Shown here one piece after another: positions 37,607-47,784 of a stretch of DNA of 49,631 nt (its first letter is position 1; every line of letters starts with the position of its first letter). The stretch comes from Candidatus Heimdallarchaeota archaeon. Lineage in GTDB: Archaea; Asgardarchaeota; Heimdallarchaeia; Heimdallarchaeales; Heimdallarchaeaceae. The notes beneath the pieces are model-generated. The model did no database searches and was not told the DNA's origin. It worked only from the letters and a program-made list of their open reading frames with translations. Both the position numbers and the translations under genes were made by a program. The DNA lies in the NCBI GenBank assembly GCA_019057375.1, contig DXJF01000019.1, forward strand, positions 1 to 49,631, written 5' to 3'.

Positions 37607-39925
37607 TTGTTTGAGGATAGCTATATGTCAGAGGATATCGATGAGATACTAGAAGAGGTTGAAAATCTCTATAAAGATGGTAGATTTGCTGCTGCTCTAG
37701 AGAAAATAGAAGATACTCTAGAAAGCCTTTGGCATGAAAATTTCAATCCTGAGGAGATTTTGAAGTTCAACATCAAAAAACTGTCAATTCTAGTTGCAGC
37801 TAGAGAATATGATAGTGCTCAACTACTATGTGAACAACTGCTGGAAGATATCAATGAGCTAGATATCAGTTTTTACCATATAGATATTCTTTTAGAAAAA
37901 GCGCTAATCTGCAGCAATCTAAAACAAAAAGATGTTTGTGATGATAGTCTTTCTCAAGTAGAAGAAGCATTGACTTTATTCAAGCGAGGAGATCAGGAGA
38001 ACTATCTAAGAAGAAGTGCTCGGTTTAATATGGTCAAGGGTATGCACCATGTCTTAGCTAGCAAATTCTTTGAATCAATTGATTTCTTTGAAGAGAGTTT
38101 GAAAGAGAATAGAAAAATTTCAGATTTATATGGAATCGCTAATAATCTTCTATGGACAGGTAAAGCCCTTTACAATTTAGGAGAATATGATTCTGCGAAT
38201 AGCTTTTGGGATCAAAGTTTCGAGATATTTACTGATTTGGGATATAGACGCCCTATTGCAGAATATTATATGGACAAAGCAGGAATATTTTACAATCAGG
38301 GAATTTTGAGTCAAGCTTTAGAAACTGTGAGTAAATCTTTGTTAATCTTTGAGGAATTAAATGATGAAGTTTCTCTTGCTACCGTATATCATAGAATGGG
38401 ATACATTTACAAACATTCAGGGAACCAAGAAAAAGCCCTTGAAAATTTCTTAAAGAGCAAAGCGATTTATGATCGCAAGAATTTAGTTCACGATGAAGCA
38501 AAAGCCATTCTTGATATCTCAGGAATAAATCGAGATATGGGAGAATACGATGTTTCACTAAAAAATTTGAAAGAATATTATAAGATTAAAGAAGAACATG
38601 ATGATCAATATGCTATTGTAATAGCATTGTACGAAACTGGAAAAATTCACTCTCTTAAAGGTGAATTGGATAAAGCAGAGGAAAATTTCAAGAAAGCATT
38701 ACCATTCGCAATTGAATATGATAGATTGGAAACTCTAAGTAATGTATATTATGCTCTTGGAAATCTATCACAACAAAAAGGTGATCTAGAAAGTTCATCG
38801 AAATCCTTTCTTCAAAGTTTACAGTTACGAGAACAGATAAAAAAGGTATATCTTGTCTCGTATTCTCTAAAAAGTTTGATTCAAATTAATCTAGACTTAC
38901 AACTCAATAAAATTGCTGAAGGATTTCTGAAAAAATTAAATGCTTTATCAAAGGAAACTGAGAATCAAAATATTGCTCAACTATTCAGATTATCCGAAGC
39001 TTTATATCTAAAAAGAACAGGAAATGAAAGAGAAATCCAAAAATCTGCAGTTCTTTTTGAACAGCTAGCTAAAGAAGGAGTCATTGACTATATGATTACT
39101 ATTGAATCTCTACTAAATCTAACTGAAATTCTAATTTGGGAAATGTCAAAAACTGGAGTTGAGCATCTTATAACTGAAGTAGGAGAACATTTGGATAAAC
39201 TTGAAGCAATTGCACAAAGACAAAACTCATTTATTCTGCTTGTTGAAGTTATGCTTCTTCAAGCTGAATTCTCACTTGTTGAACTTAAAGTAGAACAAGC
39301 TCAAGAAATTTTGACTGAAGCATTGAAAATTGCAGAAGAGAAAGGTATTGTAAAACTAGCAATCAAAATTTCTAATGAACATGATCATTTATTGGATCAA
39401 CTGGATTTATGGGAGGATTTCACAATGAAATTACCTACAATCGCTGAGAAATTAGAATTATCTCATATAGAAGATAGATTAAAGCAAATTGTAAGAAGAA
39501 GATCTGTCTTAGGACCTGAAGTTGAAAGTGAAGCTGAACTTCCGGTTATGTTTCTAATACAATCAAACCAAGGAGTAATCATCTATTCTGAATATTTTGA
39601 TGAGAGTTTGGGGGAAAGAATATATGATGAAGTTTTAGTAACAATCAAGAATACTTCATCACTTCTGGAAGATAAAAGTCAAGTGAGAGTAAAGAATAAG
39701 GAATTCACTTTTTTAATAAACGAAGAAAACGAAGTGTATGTTAGTTATACTTTCATTGGTAAATCTTACAACGGAATTAGAAAATTGAACAAATTTATTG
39801 AGATTATTAATTCTAACAAAGAACTTAAGGGGATGATTGAAAATGCTTCAAGGAGTAATCAATCATTAAATTCTGAAGAAAGAATTAGTTTATCAAGTCA
39901 TGTTAAAGAAATTTTTGGCAATTGA
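37607..39925 (+). CDS. TPR-repeat protein with a C-terminal longin-like region (Asgard-type)
   Basis: Multiple TPR units (LxxxGxxYxxxGxYxxA). The C-terminal beta-rich segment begins LPVMFLIQSNQGVIIYSEYF. The start may be ATG 37625. Confidence 0.78.
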   Translation: MFEDSYMSEDIDEILEEVENLYKDGRFAAALEKIEDTLESLWHENFNPEEILKFNIKKLSILVAAREYDSAQLLCEQLLEDINELDISFYHIDILLEKALICSNLKQKDVCDDSLSQVEEALTLFKRGDQENYLRRSARFNMVKGMHHVLASKFFESIDFFEESLKENRKISDLYGIANNLLWTGKALYNLGEYDSANSFWDQSFEIFTDLGYRRPIAEYYMDKAGIFYNQGILSQALETVSKSLLIFEELNDEVSLATVYHRMGYIYKHSGNQEKALENFLKSKAIYDRKNLVHDEAKAILDISGINRDMGEYDVSLKNLKEYYKIKEEHDDQYAIVIALYETGKIHSLKGELDKAEENFKKALPFAIEYDRLETLSNVYYALGNLSQQKGDLESSSKSFLQSLQLREQIKKVYLVSYSLKSLIQINLDLQLNKIAEGFLKKLNALSKETENQNIAQLFRLSEALYLKRTGNEREIQKSAVLFEQLAKEGVIDYMITIESLLNLTEILIWEMSKTGVEHLITEVGEHLDKLEAIAQRQNSFILLVEVMLLQAEFSLVELKVEQAQEILTEALKIAEEKGIVKLAIKISNEHDHLLDQLDLWEDFTMKLPTIAEKLELSHIEDRLKQIVRRRSVLGPEVESEAELPVMFLIQSNQGVIIYSEYFDESLGERIYDEVLVTIKNTSSLLEDKSQVRVKNKEFTFLINEENEVYVSYTFIGKSYNGIRKLNKFIEIINSNKELKGMIENASRSNQSLNSEERISLSSHVKEIFGN

Positions 39926-39962
39926 TATACACAGTTAATACATTTTAAAATGTAGAAAAATA

Positions 39963-39982
39963 GAAAAGAAGAAGAAAAAAAA
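39963..39982 (-). terminator. Oligo-U tract downstream of the 39986 gene
   Basis: GAAAAGAAGAAGAAAAAAAA on the + strand adjacent to the stop codon. Confidence 0.4.
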
Positions 39983-39985
39983 GCT

Positions 39986-40828
39986 TTAGGTTCTATATTT
40001 CTTTCTTTTTACAGATATTGCGATTAAAGATATGAATACAAAACCACTAAAAACGAAGTAGGAAGTTTTAGTTGTTGGAGGTGTTGTTGGTATTACTGGA
40101 GTCGGAACCGCCCAGGTTATATTTATTTTCATTGAAACTCCTTCATTATTTTGTGACCAGAATGAAAGAGTATCTAGAGTAATGTCAGTTGTATTCGAAG
40201 CAACACCAGTATCAGGATCAGTAGTATTAAGATGGGTAATATTTCCACAACATGGAAATTCTGTCAAATCAAAATAAGAAAATGGCGCTGTTGTATCATT
40301 TATGTCAGCATTTGTTCCAAAAGATTCTTTATAGGAATAATCCGGCTGTAATGGTATTGGACCCCAACAATCTTGATCATCACAGAAAAAGAATCCACCT
40401 CCTCCTCCACCACCACCTTGTTTAAGAGACGGTAATGGAGATGGAGAAACTGCATCGTTAAAAGCTATGATTTCTAGATAGTTATGAAAACCAATTATGT
40501 CATTAAAGTAAGTATTAGCATCTAAAGTAAAAGTTACTAGTTTGGTGTTTATTTGAGTTGCAACTAATGAGTTTAAATTCGTTCCATTCAATAGTATTGT
40601 GTAATTGTGTATGTTTGATTCAGTTTCGATGATTGAACCAGAAAGCACACCTGTTGTATTATATAAAGACACATTTAGAACAATTGTAGGGGCAGTTAAA
40701 TCTGTGATATTAATCGCAGATATAATCGGTTGCTCTATCGCCCAAGTATCATTCATCGAAGTGATATTTCTTGGAGTAAAAATAGCTAAAAGAACTAAAA
40801 TACTTGTAATTGCAATTATTTTTCTCAT
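39986..40828 (-). CDS. Secreted, C-terminally anchored surface protein with a poly-Gly tract
   Basis: Signal peptide, many N-x-S/T sequons, G8 tract, Cys pairs, Pro/Thr linker, and a TM followed by KRKK. Confidence 0.75.
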   Translation of the reverse strand: MRKIIAITSILVLLAIFTPRNITSMNDTWAIEQPIISAINITDLTAPTIVLNVSLYNTTGVLSGSIIETESNIHNYTILLNGTNLNSLVATQINTKLVTFTLDANTYFNDIIGFHNYLEIIAFNDAVSPSPLPSLKQGGGGGGGGFFFCDDQDCWGPIPLQPDYSYKESFGTNADINDTTAPFSYFDLTEFPCCGNITHLNTTDPDTGVASNTTDITLDTLSFWSQNNEGVSMKINITWAVPTPVIPTTPPTTKTSYFVFSGFVFISLIAISVKRKKYRT

Positions 40829-40913
40829 AATTTCAACAATAACGAATCCTCATACTTAAGTTTTGTCTCCATAAGTCATTAGAAACCCTCATTTTGGGAG
40901 ATTCTACTATTTA

Positions 40914-42410
40914 CTACGCTTTAGCTTTTTTTAGTTTGATTTCGAAAATAGTACCTTTGGGTTTATTATCTTTGACTTTTATGGAACCCCCATAGGTTTC
41001 AATAACAATTTTTGCTAAAAATAATCCCATCCCACTTACTCCTTTATCTGTTCCTTGATATCCTTGTTGAAAAATAAGATTCTTATTTTTTTCAGAGATT
41101 CCTTTTCCATTATCGCTAACAGAAATAAAAATTTCATCGTTTTGATCCTCAATCTTTACTTCAACATCTATCCCTTTACCTGCATGTTGGAAAGCATTTT
41201 GTATGAAGTTAAACAAAATCGGATAAAGCAATCTATTAGCATTAACTTTCATGTTTGAGGGATATGAATGGATTGTAACATTGTCAAAGGATTCAGCTAC
41301 ATTATTAATTATACTAATTGCTATAGGTTGAATTTTAAGAGATTCTAATAATTTTGATTCAGATTTGAGAAGATCTAACCTTTCAGCTACTGTATCAACT
41401 CTACTCACAGCTCTTTCTAGATATTCCTGTTTCTTAGTTTCTTCAAACAATTCTATTCCACTCTGAATTACAACCAGATCATTTAACAAATCATGACGTA
41501 ATAACGAAGTTACTGTGACTAAATCCTTAGCAAAAATGTTCATTTCCTCATACAGAGTTTGATATTGTTTACGTTCTTTCTCCATTTCAGAAATCGTTAA
41601 GGGTTTTTCATATTGTTCTATCATTGTGATAATTCCAACAACAAACAATGCATAACATACATTAATGAAGAGATCTGGAATAGTTCCAATATCATATGTA
41701 CCTTTTGCTAAAAAATAACCTTTGGTTGAATCTCCAGCTAATTTAAAGAACCATGCTCCACTTACAGTTATCCAAAAAAGTGGCGTGCGCACTCTCCAGT
41801 TTAGATAAACGAAAGTTAAAGCTATTGCCAAGATATCCAGATCTATTATTATAAACACTATCCCAAATACTAAGCTTAAATAATCCTTTGCTGCTATCAT
41901 TGCTGTGCTGAATGCTGTAATTAAAGGAGAAACAACTATAATCAAAAAAAATGTGACAAAGAGACTTGATAACTTCACTCTTCTTGGTATATGTTTCTCA
42001 GCTTTTCGGATTTGACTGATTAACAAAATATACAAAGGAATTATAGCAATAATAGATATCATATGAATGAAAATATTCAACAGAAAAGTATTAGCAATTG
42101 TAATATAAGCTAACTTTGCTTCTAAAATATGAATAAAAGTTAAAATCTCAGCTACCATGAAAAGAAAAAGAGTTACCGTCAAAGGAATTAGGTATTTTTG
42201 GTCTAATCTTTCTTTTTTAGTTATTAGAATTAAGGCAATAGTTACTGCAATAATCAACATAGTAATCTTAAAAATTGGAACAAAGTGGTAGTCAACGATT
42301 GGTTCGAGGAAAATAGGTATAATACCAATTATTAGAGAAAAACCTGCTATTAAAGAACTAAGATTCCTCATTAATATATTATTCTCATACAAAGTATTAA
42401 CTTTAAGCAT
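40914..42410 (-). CDS. Membrane-bound sensor histidine kinase
   Basis: Multi-TM N-terminus, H-box LRHDLLN, N-box NFIQNAFQH, SDNGKGI and GMGLFL. Confidence 0.9.
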   Translation of the reverse strand: MLKVNTLYENNILMRNLSSLIAGFSLIIGIIPIFLEPIVDYHFVPIFKITMLIIAVTIALILITKKERLDQKYLIPLTVTLFLFMVAEILTFIHILEAKLAYITIANTFLLNIFIHMISIIAIIPLYILLISQIRKAEKHIPRRVKLSSLFVTFFLIIVVSPLITAFSTAMIAAKDYLSLVFGIVFIIIDLDILAIALTFVYLNWRVRTPLFWITVSGAWFFKLAGDSTKGYFLAKGTYDIGTIPDLFINVCYALFVVGIITMIEQYEKPLTISEMEKERKQYQTLYEEMNIFAKDLVTVTSLLRHDLLNDLVVIQSGIELFEETKKQEYLERAVSRVDTVAERLDLLKSESKLLESLKIQPIAISIINNVAESFDNVTIHSYPSNMKVNANRLLYPILFNFIQNAFQHAGKGIDVEVKIEDQNDEIFISVSDNGKGISEKNKNLIFQQGYQGTDKGVSGMGLFLAKIVIETYGGSIKVKDNKPKGTIFEIKLKKAKA

Positions 42411-42472
42411 GAATGCAATGCTAAATGTGTAATTTAGAAAAATTCAAATTGTTCAATGTACAGAACTGAACT

Positions 42473-43729
42473 GTGAGAAAGAGAACTAATAGCTTAGTTG
42501 GGTCTACCGTTTTTCTTCTACTAATAGGTCTAGGTGTTGTTTTACCTTTAGTTCTAATGAGAGGTGACCACAATTATATTGAAATCGAGTCTGATAAAGA
42601 TTTCAACAACTATAAATTTGAGGGGACAGGTTCAGCAGAAGATCCCTTTGTGATTGAGAATCTAGTGATTGAAAATCAAGTGAAAAGAGGTATATCAATC
42701 TCTAATACTAAAAATTATTTTGTAATAAAAAATAATCGACTGGTTGAAAATCTGTATAATGTAATTAGATTAAGTAATGTTGAAGCTGGAACTGGTAAAA
42801 TATATAATAACACAATTATTAGTCAGAGTACAGGAGGGATTTATCTTAACTTCAGTGATGATGTTGATGTTTATGATAACTTTTGTATAGAAAATAAATA
42901 TGGAATTTGAGTAGAGGATTCAAATAATTGTCAGCTTACCAATAATTATGTTTCTCTTTATAGACCTATAACTGGACCAACATCTCTTGTTCATCGAGGA
43001 ATTCTTATAGAGCGTTCAGAATATATCGAAGCTAACAATAACTATTTTAGATATTTGCAAGAGGGCATCAGTATTCTTCATAGTGATTATTGCACTGTAA
43101 AAAGAAATTTCATGGATTCGATAACAAAAACAAGTATTAGCATAATATACAGTTCTTATACAGAAATTTTGCAAAACACATGTAATGATGATAATCAGCA
43201 GAGTATCTATGTAAGCTATTCAAATTATACTACTATTAGCAATAATATTGTTTCTGGAAATTATTATGGTATTAATCTGTATTCAAGCAATTTAAACACG
43301 ATTGTTTACAATTCCTTTCTGAATAATTACATAGGAATTTACGCTACTTCATCAAGCGAAAGAAACATTGTAAAAATTAGCGAATTCATCAATAATACAA
43401 GAGAGGGAGTTAAACTTGAGATTACTAATTTCAATAGAATACATCACAATTCGTTCTATTTTAACAATCTAGGTTTACTATCGCAAGCAAGAGATTAAGG
43501 ACTCAACAACACTTGGTTCGATGAGCTGACTCTTTCAGGTAATTTTTGGAATGAATGGACTAACTCAACACCCTATCCTATTCTAGGAGATAAAAACAAC
43601 ACTGACCCTTGTCCTTTAGCTTCTCCTATTTCACTTATGTTAGAAGTGAATCTTCTTTTAACTTTAACAGATATTTTCAACTTTTGGAATATTTTTGTTT
43701 CGAAACTCTATCAAGATGATCAAATCTAG
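42473..43729 (+). pseudogene. NosD-like right-handed beta-helix surface protein broken by two in-frame stops
   Basis: ORFs 42473-42910 and 43055-43498 are in the same frame. Reading through TGA 42908-42910 and TAA 43496-43498 gives a continuous 418-codon frame with N-I-x-x-N repeats and GNFWNEW...DPCPL, ending at TAG 43727-43729. Confidence 0.8.
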
Positions 43730-43774
43730 CTGGAATTTTCCAAGGAATAGCTTTATTATTCTTCGTTAAACAAT

Positions 43775-44683
43775 TTGGTGAGCATAATGTTTAAAGGAAA
43801 AACTCACCATATATCAATGAAAGACGTTGTATTCAAAACTGATCCAACTAACAAACCAGTTTTAACGATTGAATCAGGAGATACAGTTATCTTTGAATGC
43901 AGAGATGCTTTCAATCAAGTTATTAAAAAACCTGAAGATTTACCCATAGATTTTGATATGGAAACAATTAATCCTGCAACAGGTCCTGTTTTCATTGAAG
44001 GTGCTGAACCAGGTGATACTCTTGAAGTGCATATTCTGGATGTAGATGTTGCAGAACAAGGATCGTGTTGCATAATTCCTGATTTTGGATATCTAGCTTC
44101 TGAATTCCCTGAACCATGGACTAGAATAATCCCAATCAAAGAAGGACATGCAATTTTTAGTGATAAAGTCAAGATACCAATCGATCCTTTTCCCGGAACA
44201 ATAATTGTTGCTCCAGCAGAAGGTTCTCATGGGACTCTCATTCCTAAAGAATATGGTGGGAACATGGACTCAAGAGCTTGTACAGCTGGAACAACTGTTT
44301 ATTTACCTGTATTTGTTGATGGTGCTTTGTTTGGTGTAGGAGATGTTCATGCAGTTCAGGGGGATGGAGAAGTATGCGGAACAGCTGTTGAAATAGATGC
44401 AAATGTCACCATCAAACTAGTTGTAAATAAGCAAAAGAAAATCGAACGTCCTCAATATGAAACTGAAAAATATTTCATGACAACTGCTTGGGGCGAAACA
44501 ACTGACGATGCTTGTAAAATTGCTCTTAGAGATATGGTTAACTGGATTGTTCAAGAAAAGGGGTTAACACGAGAAGAAGCATATGCTCTTTGTAGTTGTG
44601 TAGTAGATATGAGAATAAGCCAATTAGTAGATATCACTCCAGGAGTTAGAGCTGTTATTCCAAAATTAATATTCGTAGATTAA
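43775..44683 (+). CDS. Acetamidase/formamidase family protein
   Basis: NPATGPVFIEGAEPGD, GGNMD and GDVHAVQGDGEVCGTAVE motifs. Confidence 0.9.
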   Translation: MVSIMFKGKTHHISMKDVVFKTDPTNKPVLTIESGDTVIFECRDAFNQVIKKPEDLPIDFDMETINPATGPVFIEGAEPGDTLEVHILDVDVAEQGSCCIIPDFGYLASEFPEPWTRIIPIKEGHAIFSDKVKIPIDPFPGTIIVAPAEGSHGTLIPKEYGGNMDSRACTAGTTVYLPVFVDGALFGVGDVHAVQGDGEVCGTAVEIDANVTIKLVVNKQKKIERPQYETEKYFMTTAWGETTDDACKIALRDMVNWIVQEKGLTREEAYALCSCVVDMRISQLVDITPGVRAVIPKLIFVD

Positions 44684-44687
44684 GGGT

Positions 44688-45749
44688 TTGCAGATAATGT
44701 TTAATGAGAAAATTAAACTATCAGAAGAAATTGTAAGAGAAATCATTGATGAAAATTATGATTTAGGAGAGATTCTCTCTATTACTCCCCTTGAATCTGG
44801 GCATGAGAGTGATAATGTTAAGTTTTCTACTAAGAAAGGGGATTTTGTTCTTAAATTGTATGTTTATCCTAATCTAGATCAATTTCAAGATAGAATGAAT
44901 GAATATGAATTGCTTCATGAATATGGTGTAAAGGTTCCCATTCCCATTAAAAACAAGAAAAAGGTTTTTGTAACCTCGTATGATGAGAAAAACCTCTTAG
45001 TAGTTCTAACTTTTATTTCTGGAGAACCAATTTATAGAGAAGATGAACCACTTATGTATAGTTGGATGAAATGGTTCGGAAAGCAATTTGGAATTTTTCA
45101 TAATAAATCAAAACAGATCCCTTTTGAATTATACAAACAGAAAATGAAGAATGGTGAATCATATGAACTCCCTCTCCCTCCAGGTGATTGGATTCTACAA
45201 TTATATAACGAAAGAGAATTCCTTTTACCTGAACATGATAAGAATAAAGAAATAATTGAAGCTTTTGAGCAATTTCTAGTAGATGTTGAAGAATCAGATT
45301 TATCACAATTAACTACAGGAATAGCTCATGGAGATATGATGCCTGGAAACTTTCTTAAGAAAAATGAAGAACTTAAGGGCATACTAGATTTTGGAGGTGG
45401 TTATTACTCATTGATGGCAGATATAGGAAGATGGCTAATGTATACTAAACTCTACAAACCTGAAGTGAAAAATTATTTTAAAGATTTCATTTTACCCTAC
45501 CTTGAACACTCTGAAATCCCAGTAAAGGAGCTCAAATCACTCACATTGTTCTTGAGATCAACAGCTTATCTTCAATACTTCTATTACGCATATCGAATTC
45601 ATAATAATATAACACAAGGTCTTGAAGAAGATGAATTGGAAGATTCGGAAGTGTATAATTGGAGAGGTTTTAATGATGGAATAAAATTTGTGGAAATTTT
45701 TTCTAAAATAGATAACAATTATTTTTATGATCTAGCAACTCAAGTTTAG
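44688..45749 (+). CDS. APH/homoserine-kinase-type-II-like phosphotransferase
   Basis: HGDMMPGNF and ILDFG protein-kinase-like motifs, with an FVLK lysine. The start may be ATG 44697. Confidence 0.82.
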   Translation: MQIMFNEKIKLSEEIVREIIDENYDLGEILSITPLESGHESDNVKFSTKKGDFVLKLYVYPNLDQFQDRMNEYELLHEYGVKVPIPIKNKKKVFVTSYDEKNLLVVLTFISGEPIYREDEPLMYSWMKWFGKQFGIFHNKSKQIPFELYKQKMKNGESYELPLPPGDWILQLYNEREFLLPEHDKNKEIIEAFEQFLVDVEESDLSQLTTGIAHGDMMPGNFLKKNEELKGILDFGGGYYSLMADIGRWLMYTKLYKPEVKNYFKDFILPYLEHSEIPVKELKSLTLFLRSTAYLQYFYYAYRIHNNITQGLEEDELEDSEVYNWRGFNDGIKFVEIFSKIDNNYFYDLATQV

Positions 45750-45850
45750 GAAGAATAGAGCTATTTTTTTCTTCATCAGAAAACATTCTTTTTTCTTTTT
45801 TATTAGAAAATCAAGCAAAATATTTTATACTCCTCTAAAACCCAATAGTT

Positions 45851-47242
45851 ATGGCTAGCAGAATCATCTCCTTTGATATTCTTCGAGGGTGGGCAATAAT
45901 AGGTAACTTAATGGTTCATACTTTCATGTTAGTTAGTCAAGTAGAAGGAATAGCTGAATCAACACCTGAACTTCTTGATACTTCAGGTTACATTATGATG
46001 GGTTTAATTATTGTTTTCGGTCATTGGAGAGGTCTATTTTTGCTAATTAGTGCTTGTGTTCATATGCTTGTGATGAATATGAAACTGAGAAGGGGAATAA
46101 AGAGAGAGGTGATTTTAGTTCAAGAATTATTCAAAGGATTACTTCTCTGGTTATGGGCAATGTTCTTTTATGTATTTCTAGCACAATGGCAATTATCTAA
46201 GGAATGGGTTGAAACTGGTACATCTTCTATTGAATGGCAAAATATTTATCATGCTGATCAATTTGCTAATATAGCCTGGGCTATAATGATATCTGCTGTT
46301 TTATTCTATTTCCTAACTTCAAATGAGAAAACAAAAAAACCACTAATAATGTCAATTGTTTTTGCCATAGTTGGTTGCTTATTTATTTTCCCAGCTCCTG
46401 CTACTTACGAAGCTGCAAATATCTTCTGGGGAGTTGATTTGCATTCAGGACAATCTCTAACCAAGATTGGTGATAAGGGTTGGTGGGATTATATTCTCCG
46501 AATGTTAGGGAATCAATTTCTTGCAACGGAATCTCCATTAATGCCTCATTTTGGGTATAGTGCAGCAGGTTCAATCTTAGGAATCTATCTCTCTCAAGAG
46601 AAAAAACCAAAGAAAGAAAAATTCCTTCTTTGGGGTTATGGTCTTGCTGGAGCGTCAATAGTTTTTGGTGTGATTTGGTTGTTTGGTGTAGAAAAGATTC
46701 CATCTGATCCATTTCAACTTGTAATTTTCCATGCACACCCAACATGGTTTGTTTTTGTAACGATTGGAATGTTAATGTTTGTAGTAATTGGATTGATGCA
46801 TGGACATGAATATAATGAAAGAGTTAACTGGGAAAAGAGATTGAAATGGTCACGATTCAGCAGAAGAGTTGGATTTTTGTCTCTATCAGTTTATTCCTTT
46901 GGATCATTACAAGCTGTACTTAGGGTCATATTACACTATATCTTTCCAAATCAAGGATTTAGAACTTTGTGGGGATTAAATACAGGGATGACATTTATGC
47001 TTATTGGAATTGAAATCTCTGTGTGGTTCGGAATAATGTGGTTATGGGAAAAATGGAACTTTAATTTATCTTTAGAATGGCTGTTCGCATTAATTTTGAA
47101 AAGACCTTCTCAACGGAAGCTGAAAGACAAACCAAAACTATTTGGTGATTTTTTGGATGTGAAAGGTAGAGTAATTAATGTTACCCCTGAACATTGGGTG
47201 GAGAAAACAACAGAAATGTCAGCTAATAAAATAGAAAAATAG
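45851..47242 (+). CDS. Polytopic membrane protein, DUF1624/acyltransferase-like
   Basis: N-terminal RIISFDILRGWAI...H motif, multiple TMs and C-terminal SLEW. Confidence 0.65.
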   Translation: MASRIISFDILRGWAIIGNLMVHTFMLVSQVEGIAESTPELLDTSGYIMMGLIIVFGHWRGLFLLISACVHMLVMNMKLRRGIKREVILVQELFKGLLLWLWAMFFYVFLAQWQLSKEWVETGTSSIEWQNIYHADQFANIAWAIMISAVLFYFLTSNEKTKKPLIMSIVFAIVGCLFIFPAPATYEAANIFWGVDLHSGQSLTKIGDKGWWDYILRMLGNQFLATESPLMPHFGYSAAGSILGIYLSQEKKPKKEKFLLWGYGLAGASIVFGVIWLFGVEKIPSDPFQLVIFHAHPTWFVFVTIGMLMFVVIGLMHGHEYNERVNWEKRLKWSRFSRRVGFLSLSVYSFGSLQAVLRVILHYIFPNQGFRTLWGLNTGMTFMLIGIEISVWFGIMWLWEKWNFNLSLEWLFALILKRPSQRKLKDKPKLFGDFLDVKGRVINVTPEHWVEKTTEMSANKIEK

Positions 47243-47260
47243 AGAGTATTCCCTCATTTT

Positions 47261-47713
47261 TTAACTCATTAAGAAAGGTATTCCAAATGCAAAAGGTACA
47301 ACAAATATTATTCCCCAAAATAGCATCCAAACACCTATAGGTGCAACTATTTGCAGAACTAGATTCTCTCTAGCTGCTTCACGTTCAGATTCAGCTACTC
47401 TAATATCTGCAGAAGAACTTTTCCCAGTGGAAACATATCTACTTGCAGAAGCAGCAGCAAGTTTATCTCTACCTGCTAAAAAGAAAAGACTTACTGCAAT
47501 CATACCTATTCCTATTTTCCCACAAAGTGAAAGTGTACTAGTCCAGTCTCTATTAACAATCCACACAATTAGGGGGATTAAGAGATAAATTATTGACCAT
47601 ACAGAACCAGCAATAAAAAAATATACAACATCTCTTCTAGTAGTTGGAGGTTTATCTTCCTTTTTTGCTGAAACAGATTCTTCAGCTAACTTTTTTCTAA
47701 GACTTGAATCCAT
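47261..47713 (-). CDS. Hypothetical membrane protein (3 TM)
   Basis: 150-aa ORF with hydrophobic segments. Confidence 0.65.
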   Translation of the reverse strand: MDSSLRKKLAEESVSAKKEDKPPTTRRDVVYFFIAGSVWSIIYLLIPLIVWIVNRDWTSTLSLCGKIGIGMIAVSLFFLAGRDKLAAASASRYVSTGKSSSADIRVAESEREAARENLVLQIVAPIGVWMLFWGIIFVVPFAFGIPFLMS

Positions 47714-47784
47714 TGTTTACCCTAGAAGCTAACTAATCGACCTATAAATAGTTTTGGTGAATATACGTCAAAAAAATCTGAACT

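Noticed and set aside
31261-43498. Stop-codon reassignment or selenocysteine recoding as the explanation for the in-frame stops
   Set aside because: TGA terminates intact genes here (1606-1608 and 9306-9308), one lesion is TAA, and the interrupted positions do not align with Cys.
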